Source: Alphaproteobacteria bacterium
GTDB taxonomy: Bacteria; Pseudomonadota; Alphaproteobacteria; Rickettsiales; UBA1997
Length of the DNA stretch: 64,000 nucleotides
Assembly (NCBI GenBank): GCA_014190355.1
Contig: BJGH01000002.1
Span: forward strand, 1,992-65,991
Reading direction: 5' to 3'
A program made the translations under genes and the position numbers. This document shows positions 37,774-48,734 of this stretch, piece after piece. Position 1 is the first letter of the stretch, and every line of letters starts with the position of its first letter. Under the pieces are notes generated by a model that saw only the letters and a program-made list of their open reading frames with translations, searched no databases and was not told the origin of the DNA.

Positions 37774-39768
37774 TTAACTCTCAAAATCAATTACCACTTG
37801 ACCAATTCCTACCGAATCACCTTCTTTAAATCTGATTTTTCCAATCTTAACATCATGATCAGTTCTAATGATATTTTCCATCTTCATTGCTTCAATTACC
37901 ACAAGATCTTGTCCAGCTTTAACCTCATCTCCTTGCACAACTTTAAAACGAATAATTTTACCAGTAATTGGTGAAGTTAAATTGACAGGTTTAGCATTTT
38001 TCTGAATCTTAGGCATGAATTTGCTCAACTCAGCAATACGCGGAGAGTAAACACTAACAAAAGCATCTAATCCAGAATATTGCAATAAGTAACTTCCGGT
38101 GTTGTTATTATCACGAATTTTTACGCCGATATTTTTGCCATTAACTTGTCCACGAAAAAGTTTTTCACCATTATTCCACGAGGTTTTAAGCTCAATTTCT
38201 TGACGATCGCATTCAATTTTAAGGATACCCTCATCACGGTTAATAATATTGATCAGATAAGAATTTTCATCGATCACAATAACCCATCTTTCTGAAATCT
38301 GTTTTTGACGATTGCGAAGTTGACTGGTCATCAAAGCATTGCGTTGATAATTTTTTAAGAAAATTTGCATTGCTACAACCAACAAAACCTCTTTAGCTTG
38401 TGAGTCCAATTCACTTCCTGAAAAACCTGCAGGAAATTCTTGTTTGATAAAACTAGTTGAAAGTTCGCCTTTGATAAAGCGGTCATTTTTCATGATCGTT
38501 TCCAAAAAGCTAATGTTATGCGAAACACCGCCAATTGCAAAACTGCCCAACGCGTGACGCATATGTTCGATTGCTTCAAGTCGATCTTTGCCGTAAGAAC
38601 ATAACTTAGCGATCATAGCATCGTAAAACATACTAACTTCTCCACCTTCATAAACACCGGTATCAACGCGAACGTGATTATTTTCTTCTGGCTCAATGTA
38701 AAGATTAATTCTTCCAGAAGATGGTAAGAAACCTCGCGATGGATCTTCAGCATAAACCCTTGATTCAATTGCCCAACCGTTAAGTTTAATATCTTTTTGA
38801 GTGAATGGTAATTTTTCCTTCAAGGCAATTTTGATCATCAATTCAACAATATCCAGACCAGTAACCAGCTCAGTAACAGGATGTTCAACTTGTAATCGAG
38901 TATTCATTTCTAAAAAATAAAAATTTTTATTTTTATCCATGATATATTCAATTGTTCCAGCTGAATAATATTTAACTTTTTGAGCAAGAGCTTTTGATTG
39001 TTCATACATTTTTTCACGAGTTGCTGGATCTAGAAAAGGACTAGGAGCTTCTTCGATAACTTTTTGGTTATTACGCTGTATTGAGCATTCTCTTTCACCT
39101 AAACAAACGATATTGCCATGTTTATCAGCAATAACTTGAATTTCAATATGTCGTGGATTTTCAATAAATTTTTCGATAAAAACTCGATCATCAGAAAAGC
39201 TATTTCGCGCTTCATTGGAAGCCGAAAGAAAAGCTTCAACCATTTCTTCTTTTTTCCAAACAATTCTCATTCCTTTGCCACCACCTCCAGCAGAAGCTTT
39301 AACCATTACCGGGAAGCCAATTTGCTGAGCAATTTTTATTGCTTCTTGATCATCTTTGATAACACCCATATGCCCAGGAACCGTGCTAACCCCTGCTTCT
39401 ATAGCTAATTTTTTTGATTCAATTTTATCACCCATCATCTCAATTGAATAAGTCGAAGGACCAACAAAAATTACCCCTGCTTTGTCCAAGGCATCTGCGA
39501 ATTTACGATTTTCCGATAAAAAACCATATCCGGGATGAACCATCGTTGCCCCTGTTTTTTTAACGGCATTGACAATTTTTTCGACATTTAAATAGCTTTG
39601 TGATGATGGTGATGCACCAATATTGACAGCTTCATCAGCCATTTGCACAAATAATGAATTTATATCTGCATCAGAGTAAACTGCTACAGTTTTAATACCC
39701 ATTTTTCTGCAAGTTTTAATGATACGACATGCGATTTCACCACGATTGGCAATTAACAATTTATGCAT
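37774..39768 (-). CDS. pccA: Biotin-dependent acyl-CoA carboxylase alpha subunit (biotin carboxylase + BCCP); propionyl-CoA carboxylase-like
   Basis: 664 aa with N-terminus LLIANRGEIACRI, the ATP-grasp motif GGGGKGMR, and the C-terminal biotinyl motif EAMKMEN. I cannot separate PCC from MCC by eye. Confidence 0.8.
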   Translation of the reverse strand: MHKLLIANRGEIACRIIKTCRKMGIKTVAVYSDADINSLFVQMADEAVNIGASPSSQSYLNVEKIVNAVKKTGATMVHPGYGFLSENRKFADALDKAGVIFVGPSTYSIEMMGDKIESKKLAIEAGVSTVPGHMGVIKDDQEAIKIAQQIGFPVMVKASAGGGGKGMRIVWKKEEMVEAFLSASNEARNSFSDDRVFIEKFIENPRHIEIQVIADKHGNIVCLGERECSIQRNNQKVIEEAPSPFLDPATREKMYEQSKALAQKVKYYSAGTIEYIMDKNKNFYFLEMNTRLQVEHPVTELVTGLDIVELMIKIALKEKLPFTQKDIKLNGWAIESRVYAEDPSRGFLPSSGRINLYIEPEENNHVRVDTGVYEGGEVSMFYDAMIAKLCSYGKDRLEAIEHMRHALGSFAIGGVSHNISFLETIMKNDRFIKGELSTSFIKQEFPAGFSGSELDSQAKEVLLVVAMQIFLKNYQRNALMTSQLRNRQKQISERWVIVIDENSYLINIINRDEGILKIECDRQEIELKTSWNNGEKLFRGQVNGKNIGVKIRDNNNTGSYLLQYSGLDAFVSVYSPRIAELSKFMPKIQKNAKPVNLTSPITGKIIRFKVVQGDEVKAGQDLVVIEAMKMENIIRTDHDVKIGKIRFKEGDSVGIGQVVIDFES

Positions 39769-39965
39769 GGTTTTTTAAAATTAAATTAATCAGTATGATT
39801 CGAACACACAATCAAGCTTAACTCTTGAATATTCAAGTGTTTGACATCAAATAATCTTAATCTAAGATAACAAATCATGCAAGTTTTATTGTGATTTATT
39901 TCTTAAATTTTTTTATTAAAAACTCATTTTAATAAAAGCTTGTCCAAAAAATCAAACCAAATTTG

Positions 39966-40832
39966 ATGAAAATTTTTGATTATTTAAAATTAATTCGTAT
40001 AAATCAACCCACAGGAATATGGCTTCTCTTTATCCCGTGCCTTGCTGGGATTGCTTTAAGCTATAAAATTACCCAAGATAATCTCCCTTTCAATCTCTTA
40101 AAATTTATCTTACTATTTTTTATTGGCTCAGTTTTAATGAGATCTGCAGGATGCATTATCAATGATTTACTTGATCAAGATTTTGATCAAAAGGTTTTGC
40201 GAACCAAAAACCGTCCCTTAGCCAGTAAAAAAGTTTCGCGCAAGGAAGCTATTATTTTACTTTTCATCCTTCTTGATCTGTCATTTATCGTGCTTTACCA
40301 ATTTAATTTTGCAACTATCATCAGTGGTTTTTTTGCACTTTTTTTAGTTATTACCTATCCATTGATGAAAAGATTTTTTAATATTCCTCAACTTTATTTA
40401 GGATTAACTTTTAACTTTGGGGCAATAATGGCAAGTTATGCGACAATTAATCGCCTCACTTTATCGCATTTGCTGTTATATTTAGCGCTCATTTTGTGGA
40501 CATTAATGTATGACACAATTTACGCCTTTCAAGATATTGAAGATGATCTAAAAATCGGTGTTAAATCAAGCGCGATAACCATTAACAATTTTTTTAGCAA
40601 TCCTAAAAAAATCTTACATTTTTTAAGTTTAACAATTTTTTTTAGCTTGCTATTTATTGGATTGTTCAATAAATTTAATATAGTTTTTTTTATTTTAGCA
40701 CTACTTGCTCTTGGTTTTATGACCTTAGAGCTTAACTCATGCAATTTAACAAATCCCCAACAATGTCTAAAATTTTTTAAAAAAAATATTGTTTTTGGAT
40801 TGTTAATTTTAATCGCAATAATTTTAGGTTAA
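39966..40832 (+). CDS. ubiA: 4-hydroxybenzoate polyprenyltransferase
   Basis: NDLLDQDFDQKVLRTKNRPLAS and a second Asp-rich motif YAFQDIEDD. The track start at 39963 is a TTG, so I use the ATG at 39966. Confidence 0.9.
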   Translation: MKIFDYLKLIRINQPTGIWLLFIPCLAGIALSYKITQDNLPFNLLKFILLFFIGSVLMRSAGCIINDLLDQDFDQKVLRTKNRPLASKKVSRKEAIILLFILLDLSFIVLYQFNFATIISGFFALFLVITYPLMKRFFNIPQLYLGLTFNFGAIMASYATINRLTLSHLLLYLALILWTLMYDTIYAFQDIEDDLKIGVKSSAITINNFFSNPKKILHFLSLTIFFSLLFIGLFNKFNIVFFILALLALGFMTLELNSCNLTNPQQCLKFFKKNIVFGLLILIAIILG

Positions 40833-41458
40833 TGAAAATTGGAATATTAGGTGGCAGCTTTAACCCAGCACATGACGGACATCTTCATATCAGCTTATTG
40901 GCAATTAAAAAACTTAACCTTGATCAATTATGGTGGATACCAACCAAATTCAATCCCTTCAAAGATCAGAGCAATTATCTAAGCCATCAGCAACGCCTTA
41001 AAGATTGTCAGAATTTCGTAAAAAATCATCCTAAAATTTATGTTAAAAATTTTGCGGAAATATACACCATTAAATTAATTCAACGCCTTCAAAAAAGCCA
41101 TAAAAACCATGAATTTTTCTGGATCATGGGAGCTGATAATTTCGAAAATTTTCATCGCTGGAAAAATTTTATTAAATTGATAAAACTTCTACCAATTGTG
41201 ATTTTTTCTCGCGATGATTATCTTGCTAAAATCAGAAAAACAAAGGCTTGGCAAATTTATCAAACCAAAAGAAATCTAACCTCATCACAATCTCTAACTA
41301 ACTATAATTTTCAAAGATTGCCAAATTTTAATCATAGAAATAATTTTTTTAATAATCGCAATCCCATTGATAATACTAAATCCTTACCAAATTTTATTAC
41401 CTTTAACAGTAAAAATTTAGTAATTTCTTCAAGGCAAATTCGCAGTAAAAAACACTAA
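40832..41458 (+). CDS. nadD: Nicotinate-nucleotide adenylyltransferase
   Basis: GILGGSFNPAHDGHLHI and the C-terminal ISSRQIR. There is an N/K-rich insertion before the last motif. The start overlaps the ubiA stop (TAATG). Confidence 0.85.
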   Translation: MKIGILGGSFNPAHDGHLHISLLAIKKLNLDQLWWIPTKFNPFKDQSNYLSHQQRLKDCQNFVKNHPKIYVKNFAEIYTIKLIQRLQKSHKNHEFFWIMGADNFENFHRWKNFIKLIKLLPIVIFSRDDYLAKIRKTKAWQIYQTKRNLTSSQSLTNYNFQRLPNFNHRNNFFNNRNPIDNTKSLPNFITFNSKNLVISSRQIRSKKH

Positions 41459-41465
41459 CAAATTT

Positions 41466-42263
41466 ATGAAAAATTTTATTGTTGATAGCCATTGCCATCT
41501 TGATTTAATTGAAGAGAAAGGTCTTGCACTTGAAGAGATTTTAAATAATTGTCAAATCAATAAAGTTAAAATTTTACAAACTATTTGCACTAGAATTACT
41601 GATATTGATCGCTTGCTTAATTACACCAAAATCAATGATAATATTTTTTGTTCTGTTGGAATTCATCCTTGCAATGTCTTTGAACAACCTAGAATCAAAG
41701 CTGATGACCTGATTAAGTTAATCAATTTACATCCAAAAATTATCGGTATTGGTGAAACTGGACTTGATTATTTTCATGATCTAACTCACAAAATTTTACA
41801 ACAAGAAATTTTTTTAGAACATATTTTTGCCTCTCAACAACTTCAACTTCCTACCATAATTCACAGTCGAGATGCTGATGAAGATATGATTAAAATTTTG
41901 CTAGCTGAGCAGAAAAAACAACATTTCCCAGCATTGTTACATTGCTTTTCTAGCACATACCAACTTGCCAAAACTGCTCTTGATCTTGGAATTTATATTT
42001 CAATTGCTGGAATTGTTAGTTTTAAAAATGCATCTGATTTGCAAGAAATTGTTAAAAAAATTCCTCTGGAATTTTTGTTAGTGGAAACTGATTCGCCATA
42101 TCTTGCTCCCATGCCTTTTCGTGGTAAAATCAATCAACCATCATATACCCTTCATGTTGTTGAAGCTATCGCAAATCTTAAAAATGTTAGTGTTGAAGAA
42201 GTTATTAGCCAAACTACGGCCAATTTTTTAAAAATCTTTCAGCGGACAAAATCATCAGAATAA
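41466..42263 (+). CDS. tatD: TatD-family metal-dependent hydrolase/DNase
   Basis: DSHCHLD, GIGETGLDY, IHSRDA, LHCFS, ETDSPYL. Confidence 0.9.
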   Translation: MKNFIVDSHCHLDLIEEKGLALEEILNNCQINKVKILQTICTRITDIDRLLNYTKINDNIFCSVGIHPCNVFEQPRIKADDLIKLINLHPKIIGIGETGLDYFHDLTHKILQQEIFLEHIFASQQLQLPTIIHSRDADEDMIKILLAEQKKQHFPALLHCFSSTYQLAKTALDLGIYISIAGIVSFKNASDLQEIVKKIPLEFLLVETDSPYLAPMPFRGKINQPSYTLHVVEAIANLKNVSVEEVISQTTANFLKIFQRTKSSE

Positions 42264-42423
42264 TTGCTCAAAAATATTTTTAAATAATTTAAAATTAAGA
42301 TATTTTATTTTTAAATATTCTTGGATAAAGCCTTGAATATGGCAAAATTTTTCTAATTAGTTAAAACCTAGTTACAATTAAGAAAATATCATAATTGCTG
42401 ATAAATATTAGAAATTATCAATG

Positions 42424-42669
42424 TTAGTTAACTAAAATAATTAATTTGCTATTTTGCATTTCTGCAAAACCTGATTTAACCGGAATTGCCTTGAGGAGAT
42501 TATTTTGGTTGTCAAATATTTTGATTTCTCCTTCCTTGAGATTAGCAAGAAATGACTCATGATTATCCATAACGCCAATTTCTCCAGATGATGCTGGAAC
42601 AACTGCTAAATAACAATTTCCTTGAAATAACATTCCTTCTGGACAAGCAACTTCGATATGTAAATTCAT
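42424..42669 (-). CDS. atpC: F1 ATP synthase epsilon subunit, N-terminal beta-sandwich domain only (81 aa)
   Basis: IEVACPEGMLFQGNCYLAVVPASSGEIGVMDNHESFLANLKEGEIKI...SGFAEMQNSKLIILVN* corresponds to residues 1 to about 85 of the E. coli epsilon subunit. The two-helix C-terminal domain is absent. Confidence 0.8.
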   Translation of the reverse strand: MNLHIEVACPEGMLFQGNCYLAVVPASSGEIGVMDNHESFLANLKEGEIKIFDNQNNLLKAIPVKSGFAEMQNSKLIILVN

Positions 42670-42840
42670 AAAATTTTTTTAAACAAATTATTGCTATTTG
42701 GATATTGCCGTAAATTAAGCTTTTCACGAAATTTTTTTTGATTATAAATTTTTTAAAAATAGCGAACTAAATTGTTCCTAAATTTGAAAAATTTTAAAAT
42801 TATGAAAATTTCAATGATAAGTTAATTTGCCAATAAACCA

Positions 42841-44277
<1,437 letters not shown>

Positions 44278-44989
44278 TTATAAAATTTAAACCTTTACAA
44301 AAGGCTTAGAGCTTAGAAAAGCATGACTTGCTTTGAGTTTATCAAATTTTAAATTATGAAAACTAAAATCTGATTTATTAGCTTAAGAAAAATTATTTCA
44401 TTAATAAAATTTAACAAAACTAATTTATTCTTAAAACCATTTTTTAAGTTTGAAATTATTAACCACTAAAGTGACAATAAACCAATAATGCGATAAATTT
44501 AAAAACTTTCGAAATTATAAATAATCTCGCAATCCAACAATATGAATATTTGAGATGTTTTTAAAACTTAGGAACTATTTGACCTTGGCAATTTTTTCAT
44601 TAAAAAAATTGAGCAAAAAAATAACTCCCAGATATCTGATAACAATACTGATTTATACCATTTCACCTAAAAAATGATAATTTTAACAAAAATATTTTAG
44701 TTATCGCAAATTAGCGAGATATTTTTTTAGATAAAAATCTTTCTTATATTAGGCTGATCAACTCAAGCTTTTAAGAAATTTTAGCAAAAAAATCGTTAGA
44801 TTATTAATAGCAAAACTTCAATTTTCTTAGTTGAAATGGCATTACTTATCCAATTTAATAGTATCAATTTATCAAAGCAATTTAAAATTAGCTTAAAAAT
44901 TTAACAAATTTTTTTCAAAGAGCAAGTGCTTTTATTAAAAAATTTAAATAATAATTTTTTTAACAAAAATTTTAAAAATTAAAATTTAT

Positions 44990-46798
44990 TTAACTTTTTA
45001 TTTTATTCAAACCCTGAAGCTCAGTAAAAATATCTTTGGCAATTGGTGCGGCAGCCATTGATCCACTCTTGCCATGCTCAACAACAACTGAAATTGCATA
45101 TTTTGGATTATCAACAGGAGCGTAACCTACAAAAATTGCATGGTTAGCATTGGCTTCTTTTTCTGCGCTAGACATTTCTTTTTCACGCTTTGAAATAACT
45201 TGCGAAGTACCTGTTTTGCCAGCCATTTCGTAACCCTTAACTTCAATTCTTTTGCCATAAGCTGTTCCTCCAGCCTCATTGACAACTCTTCTCATACCTT
45301 CTTGCACTAACTTTAAATATGATGAATTAACTAATGGTTCAGATTTTAATTCGTCATATTGCTTAAAAATATTTTGATTTTTGACGAGATATGGTTTAAT
45401 TGGGATTCCGCCATTGGCAATACGCGCAGTTATAACTGCCATTTGCAGAGGTGTTGCCAAAACATTACCTTGCCCAATTGCTGTATTTAAGGTATCACCT
45501 TTGACCCAAGGCTGATTAAAGATTTTTTGCTTCCATTCTTCAGATGGAATTAATCCAGATTTTGCGCCATGTATGCTAATATCAGGTTTACTACCATAAC
45601 CAAATCTTTTAGCCATTTCTAAAATTTTTTCATGCCCTAATTGATTGGCAACTGTGAAAAAATAAGTATTGCATGAATGCATAATTGCCGAAACCAAATC
45701 AAGCGAACCATGACCTTCCTCTTTCCAGCAGTGAAAAGTTCTTTTGCCAAGCTGATAAGATCCCGAGCAGTAAACTCGAGTTGCAGGATTAAATTTATTT
45801 TCCAACGCTGCTAGCGCAACCATTAATTTGAATGTTGAACCTGGTGGATATAGGGCAGAAATTGGTTTATTGCTTAAAGGTTTTTTAGGATCATCATTTA
45901 ATTGTTTCCAATAGTCTTTGGAAACACCCTCAACAAAATTATTTGGATCAAATGATGGTGATGACGCATAAACTAGAATTTCGCCGGTTTTAACATCCAT
46001 AACCACAACTGATGCAACATCATCTTTGATTCTTTCAGTAGCAAATTTTTGTAAAGGAAAATCTATTGATAAATTAATTCTTGAACCTTCACTATATTGC
46101 TTAGTTGACAAGGTTCTAAGCGGAATCTCTTTAACATTAACCTCAACATATTTTACTCCATATTTTCCTCGCAAAACTTCATCAAAGCTTTTTTCAATAC
46201 CAAATTTACCAATACGAAAATCTGGATGCATAAAAAGAGCCTGTTCGTTATCGTCAATTTCTTTTTCAGATGGGAGTGAAACATAACCCAAGAAATGAGC
46301 AGTTTCTTGCGGATATGGGTATCTTCTAATTATTCCACTTTCAATTGAAATACCTGGTAAAAGATGAGAATTGGTTTCAATGCGAGCAAGATCATCCCAG
46401 CCTAAATTATCAATTAAAGAAATAATATTTTTGCGTCGAGCGTTTTTAATTTTTGCTAAAAATATACTTTTTCCTTCTTCGGATAAATCAAGTATTTGCG
46501 AGAGTTTTTCTATTATGTCGCTAAAATTTCTTTTTTTGTCAAGATAAAGTAATAATCGAAAATTACTATCATTTTTTGTTAAAGAAATGCCATTACGATC
46601 AAAAACCATTCCTCGCGGAGCAGGATTAATTATTGGTTTAATTCGATTACTGTCAGATTGAATTGAATATTCTTCATGTTTCCAAATTTGTAAGTAACCT
46701 AATCTTAACACCAAAATTCCGGCTAATGCAGACTGCCCTGCACCTAAAATCAAAGTTCGTCGATTAAAAATTTTGTTTTTGCGAATATCTCTGAGCAC
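44990..46798 (-). CDS. mrdA: Penicillin-binding protein 2 (elongasome transpeptidase)
   Basis: SxxK (GSTFK), SxN (HSCNTYF) and KTGT motifs, with an N-terminal TM. GTG start immediately after the mreD stop. Confidence 0.9.
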   Translation of the reverse strand: MLRDIRKNKIFNRRTLILGAGQSALAGILVLRLGYLQIWKHEEYSIQSDSNRIKPIINPAPRGMVFDRNGISLTKNDSNFRLLLYLDKKRNFSDIIEKLSQILDLSEEGKSIFLAKIKNARRKNIISLIDNLGWDDLARIETNSHLLPGISIESGIIRRYPYPQETAHFLGYVSLPSEKEIDDNEQALFMHPDFRIGKFGIEKSFDEVLRGKYGVKYVEVNVKEIPLRTLSTKQYSEGSRINLSIDFPLQKFATERIKDDVASVVVMDVKTGEILVYASSPSFDPNNFVEGVSKDYWKQLNDDPKKPLSNKPISALYPPGSTFKLMVALAALENKFNPATRVYCSGSYQLGKRTFHCWKEEGHGSLDLVSAIMHSCNTYFFTVANQLGHEKILEMAKRFGYGSKPDISIHGAKSGLIPSEEWKQKIFNQPWVKGDTLNTAIGQGNVLATPLQMAVITARIANGGIPIKPYLVKNQNIFKQYDELKSEPLVNSSYLKLVQEGMRRVVNEAGGTAYGKRIEVKGYEMAGKTGTSQVISKREKEMSSAEKEANANHAIFVGYAPVDNPKYAISVVVEHGKSGSMAAAPIAKDIFTELQGLNKIKS

Positions 46799-47299
46799 TT
46801 ATTCCCCTTCCAACAATTTTTCGTTAAGATAGTCAAAAAATTTATGCATAGGAACATACAAAAATACTGCTAATAAAAATTGTGAACATGGAACAATCAA
46901 ACTATGAAAAACTCCATCAAGCAATGAAAGTAATGCCCATTTAATACCAATAATTACAAAACAAAATGCTATAAACTGTTGCCAAATCTGAATAAAATTT
47001 TCTCTAATTAGCATTTTTTGATTAATGGTTAAGAAAAATCTAACCAATAAAATGTAGCATAGCGATGTAACACCAAGAGAGTTTCCAGTTAAAGCATCAT
47101 TCCAGATTCCGAGCAGAAAAATAAACCAAATGCCAAAACGCTGACGAAAAATTGCAAAATAAAAAACTATCATGAAATCAAACAATGGAAAGACTGTTGA
47201 GATCGCTGGAATTTTTATTGATGTTAGATTAAAAGCAACAAATATTATTGCAATTAAATATAAAGCAATAACTTTTAATATTGAGTGTTGTTTTGTCAT
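46799..47299 (-). CDS. mreD: Rod-shape determining protein MreD (putative)
   Basis: 166-aa polytopic membrane protein directly upstream of and abutting mrdA, the usual MreD position. Sequence conservation is low. Confidence 0.55.
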   Translation of the reverse strand: MTKQHSILKVIALYLIAIIFVAFNLTSIKIPAISTVFPLFDFMIVFYFAIFRQRFGIWFIFLLGIWNDALTGNSLGVTSLCYILLVRFFLTINQKMLIRENFIQIWQQFIAFCFVIIGIKWALLSLLDGVFHSLIVPCSQFLLAVFLYVPMHKFFDYLNEKLLEGE

Positions 47300-47604
47300 A
47301 AAATAATTATAAGAACATAGGTTATAATTTTTATATCAATCTAAAATTAATGGCTTGATTTTAACGATTTTTTTGAAACTTTTATAAAATTTTAAGAAGG
47401 TTTTGATTAAAACTAATGATTTCTAAAAGACAAAATTTAACAAAATTTTTTGTGATAAAATCTTTTAAATTTAATAATCTACTAACTTAGAATAAATATA
47501 CCTTCATGATAAATTTTGTAGGCTATGAATATTACTATGATATCCAATAACATCTTTGAATTTAGATTATTTTTTTTGATTAACAAGTTTTTTTATCTAA
47601 GTAA

Positions 47605-47630
47605 AAATCTTAGATTTTGCCTTAAGATTT
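47605..47630 (-). terminator. Weak candidate terminator after the DHS-like gene
   Basis: AAATCTTA (47605-47612) pairs with TAAGATTT (47623-47630), an AT-only 8-bp stem followed by T residues on the minus strand, about 20 nt past the stop. Confidence 0.25.
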
Positions 47631-47648
47631 GAAAATATATTTTAAGAA

Positions 47649-48680
47649 TTATTTAAATATTTTTGCAAAATTTCGTCGAGATCTTTTTTTCCATAATCCA
47701 CTATGATAAGCATCTGATGCTAAAAGAGGGATAACGCTTGATGCTTCTGCATAAACCATTTGCTCATATGCGGTATCAACTTTGCCCCATGAACACGCTT
47801 CTTTGAGAGTTGAAGAAGAACATGCTCCGTCTCTTGAGTCAGCAACAGTAATTTGCACAGCATATTTATGCATGTCAACTTCCTTGCCAAGAATTTCAGC
47901 ACAAACTACAGTATCTTGAACAAAATTTTTAGGAACGCCTCCACCAATCATTAATAAGCCGGTGGTTTTAGCTTTAATTTTAATATCTGTTAATTCACGA
48001 AAATCAGCAATTGAGTCAATAGTTAAATGTTTTTTTGGATTTTTAGCTTGATGCAATACCAAACCAAAACCCGCTGATGAATCTGTAAAAGCTGGGCAGA
48101 AAATAGGTACATTATTTTGATATGCCAACTGAACTAAAGAATCTTTTTTCTTAGCTTTTTTTTCTAAATATTTGCCCATTTCCCAGATAAACTCACGAGA
48201 TGAATATGGACGAGCTTCTAAACTATTAGCTATTTCAAAAATTGTATGATCGCATTTTTGTAAATCAACTTCATCGATGTAAGTATCATAAATTCGATCA
48301 ATGTAATTATCGCGAAGAAACTTATCATCAATAAAAGAAGTTCCTTGATAATGCTTAAAACCCAAGGCTTCAAAAAAATCCATATCAACTATTGAAGCAC
48401 CTGTTGCAACAACTGCATCAATCATGTTATACTTTATCATGTCAGCATAAACTTTCATACATCCTCCAGCCGAGGTTGATCCAGCAAGAGTTAAAATGGT
48501 CGAACATTTAGAATCATTCAACATCATATTAAAAATTTTTGATGCATTTGCCAAATCACGAGAAGTGAATGACATATCATTCATTTGTTTAATAATTTCT
48601 CTGGAATCAAAAGATGTAATATCAATATGCTTTACAACTTTTTTTAACAAATCTTGTTTTTTTATTTTTTTTTCAGTCAT
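47649..48680 (-). CDS. Deoxyhypusine synthase family protein (DHS-like; possible homospermidine synthase)
   Basis: LAGSTSAGGCMK, ATGASIVDMDFFEALG, MIGGGVPKNF, KEACSWGKVD...SVIPLLA. The SWGK lysine matches the catalytic-Lys context of eukaryotic DHS as I remember it. The track start at 48686 is a TTG, so I use the ATG at 48680. Confidence 0.85.
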   Translation of the reverse strand: MTEKKIKKQDLLKKVVKHIDITSFDSREIIKQMNDMSFTSRDLANASKIFNMMLNDSKCSTILTLAGSTSAGGCMKVYADMIKYNMIDAVVATGASIVDMDFFEALGFKHYQGTSFIDDKFLRDNYIDRIYDTYIDEVDLQKCDHTIFEIANSLEARPYSSREFIWEMGKYLEKKAKKKDSLVQLAYQNNVPIFCPAFTDSSAGFGLVLHQAKNPKKHLTIDSIADFRELTDIKIKAKTTGLLMIGGGVPKNFVQDTVVCAEILGKEVDMHKYAVQITVADSRDGACSSSTLKEACSWGKVDTAYEQMVYAEASSVIPLLASDAYHSGLWKKRSRRNFAKIFK

Positions 48681-48734
48681 TGTCAACGCTAAAATTATTA
48701 TTAATAAATTTAAATCTAAAATTGGAATTGTATT

